DNA of 62,239 bases, counting the filler. It is 10 parts of 10 records of this genome, joined end to end, with 100 filler letters (N's around TTAATTAATTAA, not from the genome) between each part and the next. Parts side by side here need not be neighbours in the genome. Positions count along the whole stretch, not along the records: positions 42,532 to 45,608 come from SRR9188676_1997; positions 45,709 to 49,135 come from SRR9188676_2003; positions 49,236 to 51,749 come from SRR9188676_2005; positions 51,850 to 54,199 come from SRR9188676_2008; positions 54,300 to 57,961 come from SRR9188676_2015; positions 58,062 to 62,239 come from SRR9188676_2020; 4 more parts are not named here. One strand, given 5' to 3'. A program made the position numbers and the translations under genes. The notes beneath the pieces are model-generated. The model was not told where the DNA came from. It did no database searches and saw only the letters and a program-made list of their open reading frames with translations. This document shows positions 43,765 to 58,120 of the stretch, in pieces (the first letter of the stretch is position 1; the number at the start of each line of letters is the position of its first letter).

Positions 43765-44226
43765 GTAACCGCGAGTGTTTTCTGACGGCTCCGCCGCCGC
43801 AGGAGAAACATTCGGGAGAAAATATCTTCTCTAACGGTTCGCTTTGTCCAAGAATACCGCGAATTACTGGGAGTCGAGATGAATCTGCGGAAACGAATGG
43901 AAGTCGGATGCAATTGGATTGCTACTGGCACCAGGCACATCCTTGATGTTTGACAAAAAACATCCAACAAACGTTCAAAGAGTCTTCACTACATCTTTCG
44001 GATGGGAAGTTGTCAAAAACAAGCAAAGTTGATGATGGATGGTATGTTGCATCTCAGCAATGGAGCAGGTCCGAAAGCATTACCAATTTGCAGCATCCGA
44101 TTGTAGGTACCAAAACAGATTCAAACAGATGAAAGTGTCAGGCAATTCATCTGTTTTGAACGAGAAAGGAGACAGTCAATATTTTAATCATTTTATTTAG
44201 TCATACACGCTGATAATAGAAATAAT

Positions 44227-45144
<918 letters not shown>

Positions 45145-45710
45145 AGGATACTAAAATTGGACGAAATATTGAACCAAAACCGCAATTCCTCGGCTAAAAG
45201 GTGACTCTCAACGGACTTGTGTGTGCGGATCGAAAATCAAAAGTATCTCAAGGAGTCCTCACGCGCTGTGGATCAAGTCCAACAGACTGCGCTTGTATGA
45301 AAAATATAATCAAGACGCGGTGCGGATGTCTTACCATTTTGGGACTTTGCTTGTGTCAAAAAAACGAAATCGAAATGGGCGGTATTGTTCTGGGGTTTTC
45401 TTTGATACCCTCCCTACGATCAACGATTTTGTTCCGGGAACCGGGAAATAAATAAAACACCGAAAGACCCCACCCCTATAGCCAGTTGGTGCAAACACAT
45501 CAACCACATCAATCAGAAACTCTGAATCCGAAAACACAAGTTTTTCTTGGTATCTACAGGGGGTATAACAGTTTTTTCTTTGTGCAGATGGCGGATCTTT
45601 ACTGGGGTNNNNNNNNNNNNNNNNNNNNNNNNNNNNNNNNNNNNNNNNNNNNTTAATTAATTAANNNNNNNNNNNNNNNNNNNNNNNNNNNNNNNNNNNN
45701 NNNNNNNNCA

Positions 45711-45768
45711 TCGCTCTCGCTCGGTCGAGCGAGACTCGATCAGGACTCGATCGACCGAACGAGAGCGA
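45711..45768. repeat. GC-rich imperfect inverted repeat (23-bp stem, 2 mismatches)
   Basis: TCGCTCTCGCTCGGTCGAGCGAG ... CTCGATCGACCGAACGAGAGCGA. Confidence 0.7.
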
Positions 45769-46540
45769 AGTGCAGGGGACTGTAAATTGAATGCCATATG
45801 GAGAACAGTTCCTACAAGAAGCGATACATTAAACAAAATGTGGCGGAAATGTATGTGGCAGAAAAAGTCGCACAGTTTACGAGAAGATGTTGGGATGGCT
45901 CAGAGATCAGAAGTGACTTTATCTGCCCAATGGCTGATCCAGTCCACCCTCTCTTCCCGCACAGGGACCAAACCTTTTTTGCGAAGGAGTCTCAGGAGAA
46001 TGCCGAAGGAAAGACAACTCTGGACCCTGTGAGGGAAGAGAGGGTGGGCGGGATCCTGGGAATGGAGATCGGCTCGGCCTAAAGGTAGTAAATGGGACGT
46101 TACTATTTGAAAAACCTTATGCGAGCGTTTCTGTCCAATTGCATTGCGTAAGTGGATGTTATCGAAAATCTATTGATTGAAATATCGGACATATGCACTA
46201 TGAGTGATTTGTCTCGTTTTCGAGAATTAGATTTTCGGGAACCCATCCAACGGTATCATTTCAGATTTAAATCTACGAATCAATAGATGCTGTTTTTTTT
46301 TCGGGGGCAAGATGAGTTGCTTGACTATCGTCCAAGAGCGGGGTAGATTGATATTTATCTGATTTCCCCAAAAATTTGCAAAGTGCTTGAAATCGAATTC
46401 GAATCAAATGCTTCCTGATCGAGTCCAGAATCTGCCCCCCACGAAAAAAAAATGTATTTATATAATAGATAGAACCTACACAGGCAGACAGAAAAAAAGT
46501 GAGAAAAAAGAGAGAAAGTGGATAAAAATTGGATAATTGT

Positions 46541-49135
46541 CTATGAAGGTCCGCCGAAGATTTCCCGTTCCTTCTGAATGATTTTGTGGCGTTCGAGCGC
46601 GAGGGCATTCTTGGCACGAATCTCGGCAATCTTCCGATCAAGCTCCGCCTCTTTCGCTGGAATCCCAGAACATACACAACGAGCAGCAGAATGAGCTTGT
46701 GAGGAGGATAGATTGGTTTCTAGGTTGCGACAAGTGCCTGATTTTGACAGAGTAGTCACGTGACTGATTCGGTATATTTCAAGAGAGCGGCACAGGCTCT
46801 TTGGAAATATCAGCTGTAGCAGCGAGGGACAAAGATTTGGTGATCATTTCGCTCCGGATGTATCGGAAGAATTCTGTTCGGACAAGATAGCAATCTGCCT
46901 ACCGCCGAAACAATATCACTCGCCCTCACATTGACGGAAATGAGAGAATCAATCAATCCGATCAGATTGGGAACCCTCTCTCCTCTCTTCGTGGTTAATT
47001 TCTCTCTTACACACATACACAGATTAAATACAAAAATTAACCCCATTGCGATGCGTGAGAAAACCAAAGCAATTATGATTAAGCAGGTCTTCCGAAATCC
47101 AACAAAGGGGGAAAACTACCCTGAATCAGGGTTAGAGTGTGAATATCGTCACAATAATCAAACTCATTGATGGCAACAACGGAGAGCGATTAAATCTTAT
47201 ATCTTGAGGACAGCAGGATATGAGTGAACGGGATCAGCGCATGAGACAAGAAGATAGCATACCGAGATCGAGGGCAGGAGGAGGAGGCAGAGGAGCAGAC
47301 GTTTGGGACTCAGATCGAACAGGGGCAGAGGAAGCAGAGGTGGAGGAGCGGATAGCTGTGGCGCCGGACCCAAGGCGAGAGAACACAGCCCTGCCGGATG
47401 CCGCATCCATGCTAGTATCGCTGCGGTGCTCGGATTCCTCCCTTGACCTCTGGTCCTGTGATCTGCTTTCCCTCCTTGGATTGTTGGTTGCAGAGTGAGC
47501 ATCGTCACGATTGCGAGACGGCTCTGTCCTAGTAGACGCAGAAGAACGCAATCGAGTCCCCTCTCTATTTCTGTCTCTATCCCTATATCGATCTCTTTCT
47601 CGATCCCTTTCCCTATCCCTTTCCCTATCCCTATCTCTTTCTCTTTCTCTATCCCGATCGTTCTCCTTGTCTTTCTCTGTGGTAGCCTCCCGGTCTCGAG
47701 GTCGTGTCTCCGAGGACAGTCGGGGGCGTTTTGCACTGATATCACGGTCACGGCCATTGCCAAGCGCAAGATGGTCATCGTCATCAGTGAGGTCAGAGTC
47801 CGAGCCAAGTATGGCAGCCACACTCTGCGCCTGCTGTTGCTGGTGTGTGGGCTGCTCCTGAGGATGCGATGATGATGATGTTTCTGTTGGTGCTGATGTA
47901 GTTTCTGTGGATGTGCGTGTGGCTAGTGAGGGTGTCTTTGTGGTTGAGGTTGCGATGTTAGTGGGAGTCTTGGTTGTGGTGGTGGTATGGGTGTCTGTGG
48001 TGGCCGTGGATTTATTCTCAGCGGTTTTAGAACTACTTTCTTTTTGCTTGTCCTTTTCTTTTTCGAGTTTTTTGTCATCTTTCCTTTCATTCGCCCTATT
48101 CCCGCTCTTGCTTTCTTTCTCCTTTTCCTTTCCCTTTTCCTTTTCCTTCTCTTTTTCTTTTTCTTTCACCATAGATTTTTCTTTCGCTTTTTCTTTTTCT
48201 TTTTCTTTCTCTTTACTCTCCTGCTTTTCTTTCTCTAATTTCGCCTTCTTCTCTTTCTTCTTCTTCTTATCCTTTTTAGTCTTCTTATCCTTTTGGGCTT
48301 TCTTGTCCTTCTTGTCCTTCTTGTCTTTTTTACTACGCTTCCGCGCACCGCTGGAATCAGAACTGGACTCGGAACTGGACTCATGACTATCATTGTCCTC
48401 ATCATCCGATCGCGCATCACGTGGCCGCTTTCTGCGGATATTTCGAGACGCAGCCACAGAAGTATTGGCTGTGGTAGTGGTAGTTTTTCTTGATGCGTTT
48501 TTCTTTGTGTCATCTGCTTCGGTATCCGAAAGTGAATGTTTGCGAGAGGACCGCTTGGCTATGCTACTTTCCGTAGTTGCGCTTTTCGGTGGGCGGATTA
48601 CCAGGAAGTCATCGCCGCTCAGGTCCGTATCGGAGAGGTCCAGTAGTGACTCATTTTGTTTCTTTGATTTCTGCTTGGATTTGCGGGGGTTTGTAGTTCC
48701 CTGTGCCTGGTTCGCTGCCGGAATAGGTGTTGGTGTGGATGTGGATGTGGATGTGGGCGTGGGTGTTGTGGAGAGGGAGAGGGGTGCGGGTGCGGGCTTG
48801 GGTGCCTGTGTGGGTGTTGGCGTGGATGTAGGCGTGAGTTGGGGTGTAGCTGTGGCAATGATGAGCGGGGATGTGGGTGGTTGGTTGGGTTTTGCGCGTT
48901 TCGGGGCAGGGGTAGGTAAGGCTGAAGTAGTGTGTGATGCGCTGGGCACAGTATCTGGGCTACTACTGGTCACAGGCTTGGGAGTAAGTGCAGATGGGGA
49001 AGCAAGCGTGGATGGTTTCTCAAGATGTGAAGAGAGGGAGCTCTTACTATCAGACTTAGTAATGGATTCAGTTTTCATGGTCGAGGGAGTTGGTGTTTCT
49101 GGTTTTGATGATGATGAAGATGATGATGATGTTGA
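46541..49135 (-). CDS. Large low-complexity protein (P/T, KE, RD/RE tracts) with short C-terminal coiled coil, 5' truncated
   Basis: Open from the contig end to the donor at 47263; last exon 46656-46541 encodes AKEAELDRKIAEIRAKNALALERHKIIQKEREIFGGPS*. Confidence 0.75.
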
Positions 49136-49505
49136 NNNNNNNNNNNNNNNNNNNNNNNNNNNNNNNNNNNNNNNNNNNNTTAATTAATTAANNNNNNNNN
49201 NNNNNNNNNNNNNNNNNNNNNNNNNNNNNNNNNNNAGCTCGCTGAGGCGCGATTGGACGCCTTTAATGCTCTTCAGTCCATTATCTGAATCATCATGTAT
49301 CTGATGCCTCCGATGCCTCCATTCTCCTGGGCTGTTCTTGATCCTCCTGTCCTCCTATGATCTCGTCGAATAAACCTTTCGCCCACAACCGGCCAGTTAT
49401 CAATCCAACTGCAACACAGGCAAGATGGCAACCGAGCGGCAACATGGCGGCAACGTGAGGTTTTGATGAACATACTCCTGATTTTTCAACTTACTCCGGT
49501 CGGCA

Positions 49506-50982
49506 ATGTCAAGCTGGCAAGAACTCGAAAAGGAAGGCAATGCCTACCTTTTAAAGGTTTAAAATTTATGTGAAATCAGAGCTTCACTTACGTAACTTAT
49601 ATAGGCGATTCAACAAGACGAAAAGGGGAACCTGGATGGCGCTGTTAGTTGGTACACAAAGACGATCGAGCGGCTACTTCAAGCAAAGAATTGTACTGTT
49701 CGATTCTTAACATTAAATGAATGAGCGGCTAATAAATGCATGTTTCTATAGTTGCACCCAATGACAAGACAGCTGCGGACTTGGCGAGGCGGTGTGCTCA
49801 GTATCTTGATCGCGCAGAACTTCTGAAAGAGGCTCTTAGACAGCAGCAGAAAAAGCCCAGGCCTAGCAGTGCTACAATAACACCACTAAAGTGAGTAAAT
49901 CTAACATGTCTCTCAGACAGCTCAGAGAGGAAATTGTGTGCGTGCATGTCTATTCTGTCTATTATTATTATCAAATAAGTCCGTCTTGCATTGCTTTCCA
50001 TCGAGTACCTCATCTGAAGTTTCATTGATCCTCTGATTTTAGATCTCATCTTGGTTCAATCATCGTCATCTTATTATGATGAGATATCTAACTTTGCTCT
50101 CATCAAATATTGCTTTCTCTATCCGTTGTATCCATTGTAAAGCTCTGATTGTCGATGATGTTCTGCTTCTACATGCCACACCGCATTTGATGTCACACGA
50201 GACGAATCCTCATGTCTATATGCGGCCAGGCCAGATTGTTCGTACATTATTTTAGTTTGGGGCCTTTCGCATTTACCCAGATATGCTGGATTGAAGAATA
50301 ATCTCAATTGCATAATCCACTTTTCTATTTCCTCTCCGGTAGTTATACATTGTTATCCTTCGAGGGTTCTGTCCCATTATGAGCTTCTATCGAGGCGGTC
50401 AGTCTATTGCCATCACGCACTGAAATACTGCCCTCATTTCTATCCATTGCTCTTCTATTTCTATTCGCGCCAAGGTAGGCATTTCCCGACACCCTCTGTT
50501 TCTCTCACATTAGTGCTTCGTTCTTGAGTACAGTATTTTGTTAACTATCTTTCTTCACCGATACTCCAACTTTCATTGACACTCAATTGCATCACTGCAA
50601 TATTTTCTTGTCTAATGTGAAAACCGTGTTCTTGCGACGACACGGTAAATATTCATTGCAATGATCCAAGGTCCCGAGCCTTGGACTCATTCGAAATATT
50701 CCTTTTCAGATCATCATGACTATTGAATATACACGGAAACGAAATTCATTAGATTCCCATCCCCCGCATTGGGTCACACCTTCGTGATACCCACACTTGC
50801 CTCATTAGAATAACACTCACCATAACCATGTGTGTCGGTGTGTGGCGTGTGGTTTTTCTACCAGCAGACCTCAAGCAGGCAGCTCGAGCCCGTCGCCATC
50901 GCCCTCCCCCTCGCCATCCGGTGTTGGGGGCGATAAGTCCACACAGAAGATCGTTGCCGCAACTGTAGAGATCCGCGTCAAG
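49506..50982 (+). CDS. Protein with N-terminal MIT domain, 3' truncated
   Basis: Exons 49506-49556, 49605-49692, 49752-49890, 50865-50982: ...LLKAIQQDEKGNLDGAVSWYTKTIERL...QYLDRAELLK. Confidence 0.8.
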
Positions 50983-52513
50983 GTATTGAATTTGACTAGA
51001 CTACTATCTCTCACCAGCGGGATCAGGGGGAAGGAGTGTTGGATGGACAGACGGAGAGAGCCGAAATGTAGCTGAAGCAGAAAGATACGAGATTGCTCAG
51101 ACTCTCAAATTGCGGGTACAATGCTTGTAAGTCATGCGCCCAGACTCTCTGTTCTATCGAGTGCCGTGAGGAAGATTGGGCTTGATGCCGGCAATGTGAC
51201 ATGACCTCACTTTCACAGCTCGAGTGCTTGCTGTGGAGAACATCCCCCTCTTGCAGACACCATCCCCTGCTTCTAGTTCAAGCACGCACCTCATCTGTCC
51301 TATTTCTCGTTTCTTACTTTAGACTTGAGTTAGACCGGATTCATACTCTTCTTAGTTCTTTTCTCACTCTCGTATCCCTCTCAAAATATCGCCTCGACAC
51401 GATTTATCCTGCCGATCGATCATCAATCATAGATTTCTTTCTTCAAGTAGAAGTAGTAGTTCATTTTCCCTCTCCCCTCATTTCTCTCTCTCCTCTCTTC
51501 TCTCCTAAACAGACACCGTCACATACATCCTCATACTGCAGACCCTCACCCTTCGTCGTTTGCTTGCACAATCACCTCATTCACCTCTCACTTTCTGCAG
51601 TTCTATTTCCTCACATATCGTTTTGTCACTTTCTGCTGTTTCCACCCGCTCGCGCGTGTGTCTATGTGTAACCTATTTTATTCTTTCTATCCTTATGTAT
51701 TCATCCTATGGCCCCCTCCCGACGATCATTCTCGAACTCTCTGCTCTACNNNNNNNNNNNNNNNNNNNNNNNNNNNNNNNNNNNNNNNNNNNNTTAATTA
51801 ATTAANNNNNNNNNNNNNNNNNNNNNNNNNNNNNNNNNNNNNNNNNNNNTCTTTCTTTCTTTCTTTCTTTCTTTCTTCTATTCGTCCCTGCTCTTCTCTT
51901 CCGCCTTTGTCTCTTTCTTTCTGTCATTTCTGTGTGATTGGTTTCTCGTTCTGTTTGGACCATCACGTCGAGTATATTCACAGATTACCGAAGACAGCCA
52001 TCGCCTAAGCCCGCGCCAATCCTTTCCTTCTCATTTCTTTCTTCCAACTATGTTCCAACGATGTTCCAACTCTGTCTGGAATCTCAATTTCTCAAATTTT
52101 CAGCCTCATTCATAACATCTACTCATACATTCACGCTTACATACACACGATTCCTTCATTATTTTTACTTTCTCCTTCCACTTTTTTTAAAACAATCAAA
52201 ATTTATGCCTTAGCATTTTGCTTGGTGTTCGTCTCTCATCAAAACCGTATATTTAGTTACAATATTATTTCCTTCTGAATTGCGAATGTAATATATTCAT
52301 TTTACTTGTTTGTGGTCTATCACTTGCTGGTTTTTAGTCGAGGGATAAAGGACCGCATTCCAAACAACTCGTCAACTCGTCCGTAATCTTTTTCTTCCTC
52401 CGTATAACTGAAATAAGATCTGATGTCCGACATCGCAAAACACGCTAAATAAGTATGACATCCATTATTCCAGTGTTATGTTCTCCGCAGACCTTCATGT
52501 AAAATCCGCAGAC

Positions 52514-52918
52514 TCAACCTCGTACTGATGACCTACCATGACCTATTATATTTTGCGGGCAAGAGTCAACATAACTTTGGTCGATAATGTACAGCCTATT
52601 TTTTTTTCGCCCAATCCTTCCGAGGATTCCACTGCCAAAGATATTTTCCTGAGACGTTGACTCTCGATTGCTGCTCTCGATTCTGATCCTGATCACTCCA
52701 TCAGATACTTCGATACTTGCGTCACTCGCACTCTTCTTTTGAATTCTATCACTTTCGATAATTTCCTTTTGAATCGACATCATATTAAATAAATAATGTT
52801 CAATTCTCAGTTCTTTGCATCTTTCGGGCTGCATCATCTCAAAATCATCAACAATCCCACCATCAGAATAGAACAAAATAGTAACAGGTTTCTTTGTTGT
52901 TTGGACATTATTCTTCAA
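52514..52918 (-). CDS. Possible hypothetical protein exon
   Basis: 134-aa ORF with protein-like composition; no motif. Confidence 0.3.
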   Translation of the reverse strand: MKNNVQTTKKPVTILFYSDGGIVDDFEMMQPERCKELRIEHYLFNMMSIQKEIIESDRIQKKSASDASIEVSDGVIRIRIESSNRESTSQENIFGSGILGRIGRKKNRLYIIDQSYVDSCPQNIIGHGRSSVRG

Positions 52919-53336
52919 AGTCAGTTACCGCGAAGCTCGTCTGAAGCGCGTTTATAGCGATGATTGATGAAGGACACCACGCAAACTTTGAAAGAATCAA
53001 AAGAATGAGAGAAGTTTGTCTTGTATAGCCCCCTACGGCCTACTACGGCAGACAGTATACTACAATCTTTCATTAGAACAGGGGGGTAGATACGAAATAC
53101 ATTTTCAGGCGTTGAAGCGACGAATCACGACATCACCAGTTTTCTGTTCTCCAGGCACTCAAAATACCAGCTTAAAAGCTACAATCACTTCAATCTCTTA
53201 TCCTTATTATATCTTTTATCTAAGGTGCTTGTTCAAAACGCTTTGCTTTCTTGATCACACGAGATCAAGCGACATGACTTCCGACCCAGGAATTTGATTG
53301 TATCTTTCCCCTTCATTCTGCAATATTTCGGAGACC

Positions 53337-53891
53337 ATGACAATTTACTCACTCACTCGCACACGGTCACATTATAACCGGGAATTCGACCTCCAATGCA
53401 CCTCGCTGATGATGACGATGCTATTTTTCGTGTTCAATGCTCCAAGATGTCTTGGATATTCCCAGGATGTATTCTTGGCGAAACATAACTATGTTCATGA
53501 CATCACCATGGAGCTTGTTCATGAATCTGTGAGACTGGTGGATTGGGCTACCGAACGAGGCGTCACTCGCGGGAACTATCGCATGTTCGAGGAGAATTTT
53601 GTTCGATATGGACAGCTAGCATTCGATTACGATGCTTGTGGGTACCTTGAAGTTGCGGCGTATTACTTTCGCAAGGCTTCGAAATTTGAAGGTATTTGTG
53701 TTTTAGAGAAAAAATTCAATCGTTTGTCACCTCTTCGGGTTTACAATCTCTCTCTCCTCTCTTCTGACTCACACAATCACAAAAGCTCATTTTTCTTTCT
53801 TTCTTTCTTCTTCAGAGCTCCTCGCACTGACGCAGAAAGTGATAGATGAGACCAAATGCAGCCCATTTCCTTCATTCTTCCACAATCAGGC
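53337..53891 (+). CDS. Hypothetical spliced protein, partial
   Basis: ...GQLAFDYDACGYLEVAAYYFRKASKFE|ELLALTQKVIDE... joins in frame via GT-AG; helical repeat-like. Confidence 0.45.
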
Positions 53892-54299
53892 GTATGTTCA
53901 ATTTCCCCGCTCCGGCTATGAGAAGGGGTAAGTATCTCGATATAGAAAGATACTGATATTAAAAGGGTCATGAGAGACAGAAAGAAGCACATAATGGAGA
54001 GAATATACTGAGGGAAAGGGTGAGGAAGTATAGCTACCCGAATTGAGAAAAAATAAGGGGGTACTGTGGGAGACCGGTGAATGGAGATGTGAAGCCAAAT
54101 TGCTCGTACATTTTTATCAGGCATCGTTTCCCATAAAGATATTTGGATAAATATAGCCACATTCACATCTCCACCCACACATCATATTCTAACATTTTCN
54201 NNNNNNNNNNNNNNNNNNNNNNNNNNNNNNNNNNNNNNNNNNNTTAATTAATTAANNNNNNNNNNNNNNNNNNNNNNNNNNNNNNNNNNNNNNNNNNNN

Positions 54300-54775
<476 letters not shown>

Positions 54776-55021
54776 GATTGATCGTGAATCGCGCGGACAG
54801 GCTCGGACAGGTAATGTTAATATAACGGCTTTGATCAGGGTGGAGATAAACCGACTGGTGTGACCGGCTAGTTGTTCCGCTCCAGTCAGGAGAGAAAAAG
54901 TTTTCAAAGTGTGACAGTCGACAGATCCGAGCGTTTCTTTCTCATCATACGGCTCTGATTCTGGATTTATCTCTCATATTAACCTTTTAATGCTATCATC
55001 TACATTTTCCACTTTACTGGA

Positions 55022-57961
55022 ATGACGTCAGCCAAACAGAAAGCCAGCCAAGGTGAGATCCTTAGTCTTCATCTCCCTGGGAAAAATCATCTAATTCTGG
55101 CGCTTTCAGAGAATGCATGGACATGTCCTCGTTGTAACTACCATAATAAGAAAAACGACCTAGCTTGCGCCATCTGTGCTTTCCATGAACGTATGTCTCA
55201 CAAGAATTCGGCCATATCCACGTTTTCGACTATTTTTTGTTTGTTCTCTCTTATTTTCATTTCCGCTCCTATTTACTTTTCTACTCTTCTCTATCATAGG
55301 ATCGTCGAAGCGTGTCTCTTTCCATTCTCGGGCGCCTAATGAGAGAGGTGCAGAGACCGATGCCGAGTCCAAGTTTAACAAGAAGAAGAAAGGAAATTCA
55401 AAGGACAAAGCCATGACAGATGTAGAAACAGACACAGAAAATACTAGACCAGGGAAGAGAAAACGAGGATCTGCCAAAGATGACGCCCGATCACTCACCG
55501 ATGCCGAAGGAGATGGCGAAACCAACTCAAAAAAGAAAAAGAGAGCGACTGGAAAGGGTATTCTCACTGATGTGGAGCCTGAGACAGATGCAGAGACCAA
55601 AAAGGAGAAGAAAAAGAAGACTATCTCCAAAGGCAAATCGAAAGCTGAGGCCGGGACAGATACAGAACTCTCGAAGGCAAAATCGAAGGACGATAGTGCT
55701 AGGAAGTCGAAAAACTCAGCAAGTAATAAACAGAGCAAGAAAAAGGGATCACCGAGTAGTGGGGATGAATGGGTGAAGTGGGAGGCTGAAGAGGAGTGGG
55801 AAGTGGAGACCATTCTTGATCGGCGAGTGCAAAAGAACCAGGTCCAATTCTTGGTCAAATGGAAAGACTGGCCCGATCATTAGTACGCCATCTCTATTTT
55901 CTTCTCTCCCCTTCTTTCCCTTGTTCTCCCTATCGAGCGCATCGGATATCATTTTTTGAATCCAATCTCGATCACTGCTGGGCCAGTGCTTCTCTCTCAA
56001 GAGAAATTCTCGAGTCAGATTTTTATTGTCGGATTTTGTTGCAATACGAGAATTGAAACCAAAATTCGAGGATTTTCCCTCAAACCCCGGCTAAACACCC
56101 GCCATCATCCGAGATCTTGTCCCAGACAATATTTCACGCTTCTCTTCTCCAATATCATCAATCGAGCGCCGTGTTAGAATTGTACCAGCTTCTTTTCAAC
56201 ATTAAAATAATTAAGAAATATTCCCGGCTTTCTTCTTGAGCTCTCGAAAATCGCAATACCAGACTCCCGCATCTTCAAAGCCATTTTTAAACCAAGCTTC
56301 CTTGCCTTTTCTTTTCCACAGCAACTCTTGGGAACCAGAAGACAACCTGGTAGGTTCCAAGAATCTCATTAAGCAGTTTCTGGACCTGCCCAAAGTCGAT
56401 GCCGTATTAGATGCCAAGTCCCGCCAACGCAAGCGCAAGTCAGGGGAGGGGGATGGTGCCAAGAAAGGACAAAAGCGAAAGGCCGGTAGCATGTCCGCTC
56501 GTTCGGACGATGACACCGAGGCTGGTGCTGCCACAGATACGGACTCTGAGGTCGAGAACAGGAAGATCGATGAGGAAGGGGCAGAGAATGGTCAAAATGA
56601 GGTTGATGCAGGGCCGAGTTTCCGAAAATCAGTCCCGCCGCCGGCTCGTGAGAAGTTAGCTGTACCCGCGAATGCTGCAGACCAGAGCTCAAGCTCTCAC
56701 ACCTCAGTCGAGTATGTTATTTAGAGGCATCCCCGCTCTTGCCAATACTCATTGCTGCTTCTGCTAATCCTTAGGCAGAGCTATACGCGTCTCTCTGGTC
56801 CTATCAGTTTATAGACTGTGGCTCTCATTTTCATGTTCTGCCAATTGTTTATCCAGCCCATTGTCCATTTTTCTTTCATTTCCTTCATTTTCAATCGCAA
56901 CACTCTTCATACGTTTTCATTTCGTCTCTGAATCGATGTTTGTTTTTGTTCATGGCATACAGGCCTTCCCCACAGCCCGAATCGCTGCCAGAGAATCCAG
57001 TCTCCGAACCGAGTACGTTGTTGTCCTAACCGAATTCTTCCCAATCTATTTTCACATGTTCTATTGCTTCATGCCCACAACTCATTCCCTCCTCCGTCTC
57101 CTCTCTCTCCTCTCTTTCCTCTCTCTCTCTGACTCTCTCAATCCATCTCTGAGCACTCAAAATTCATCCTCGTCTATTCCCTTCTCTCTTTTGCTTTCTA
57201 CCGTTAGGCCCGCTGCCTGCGCCTGGGTCTGGGATACTGACACCAAGTGCCACAAGCGTGAATGCAGCCGATAGTGGTGCTGCATCCCCCGCACCCTCCA
57301 TACCCACCCCCGGCAACCTCACACCAATAGACCCCGCGGCCCTCGGTCTGGGCGCAGCTAAGTCCAGAAAGTCCATTCTAATGGGACGCTCCAAACCCCC
57401 CCAGGCTTTCCCCCAAGCACATACACAGCCTCCCCAATCACAGCTTCAGCAAGAGCAGCAACCGCCGTCAGCTTCTCCACTACAACAGGATATTCACATG
57501 ACCCCTCCCACCTCTACCTCTGAATCCACATCTACCATTTCTGCCCCCACGCCTGCAAACTCTCAGATTCCAGCCCCACCATCGACATTCCAGGTCGAAC
57601 TACCACAGGACATCCAGATGGAAGAGGCAAAGGACCCAGCTGTATCCACACCAAAAGACTCATCATCAACACCGAAAGACTCAACCGTCCATGAAAAGGG
57701 TGAAAGCGAAAAGCGTACAACAAAGCACAAAACGACCAAGGAAAAGAAGGACAAGGAGCATCGAGGGAGTGACAAGTCGAATCGGGATAGGAGATCGAGC
57801 GGGGAGTCATCCCACAAGCGCTCGCATGAGAAAAAAGACAGAGAGAAGGACAGAGAGAAAGAGAAGGAAAAGGACAAAGAAAAAGGAAAGGATAGTCATA
57901 GTCATAGTGAAGAGAGGAAAAAGAAGAAGCGCAAGGTCCCAGAAAAGAAAGAAACTGAAAC
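55022..57961 (+). CDS. RanBP2-type zinc finger plus chromodomain protein, 3' truncated
   Basis: Exons 55022-55052, 55110-55190, 55300-55882, 56322-56711, 56963-57012, 57208-end; WTCPRCNYHNKKNDLACAIC; WEVETILDRR...FLVKWKDWPDHY|NSWEPEDNL. Confidence 0.85.
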
Positions 57962-58120
57962 NNNNNNNNNNNNNNNNNNNNNNNNNNNNNNNNNNNNNNN
58001 NNNNNTTAATTAATTAANNNNNNNNNNNNNNNNNNNNNNNNNNNNNNNNNNNNNNNNNNNNTCAAATCAAATCAAATCAAATCAAATCCAAGGGAAAGGG
58101 AGGGAATTAAAAACTCGTAC

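Noticed and set aside
47220..49187. Long plus-strand ORFs (e.g. 48393-49187, 47907-48386)
   Set aside because: Antisense shadows of the low-complexity minus-strand exon
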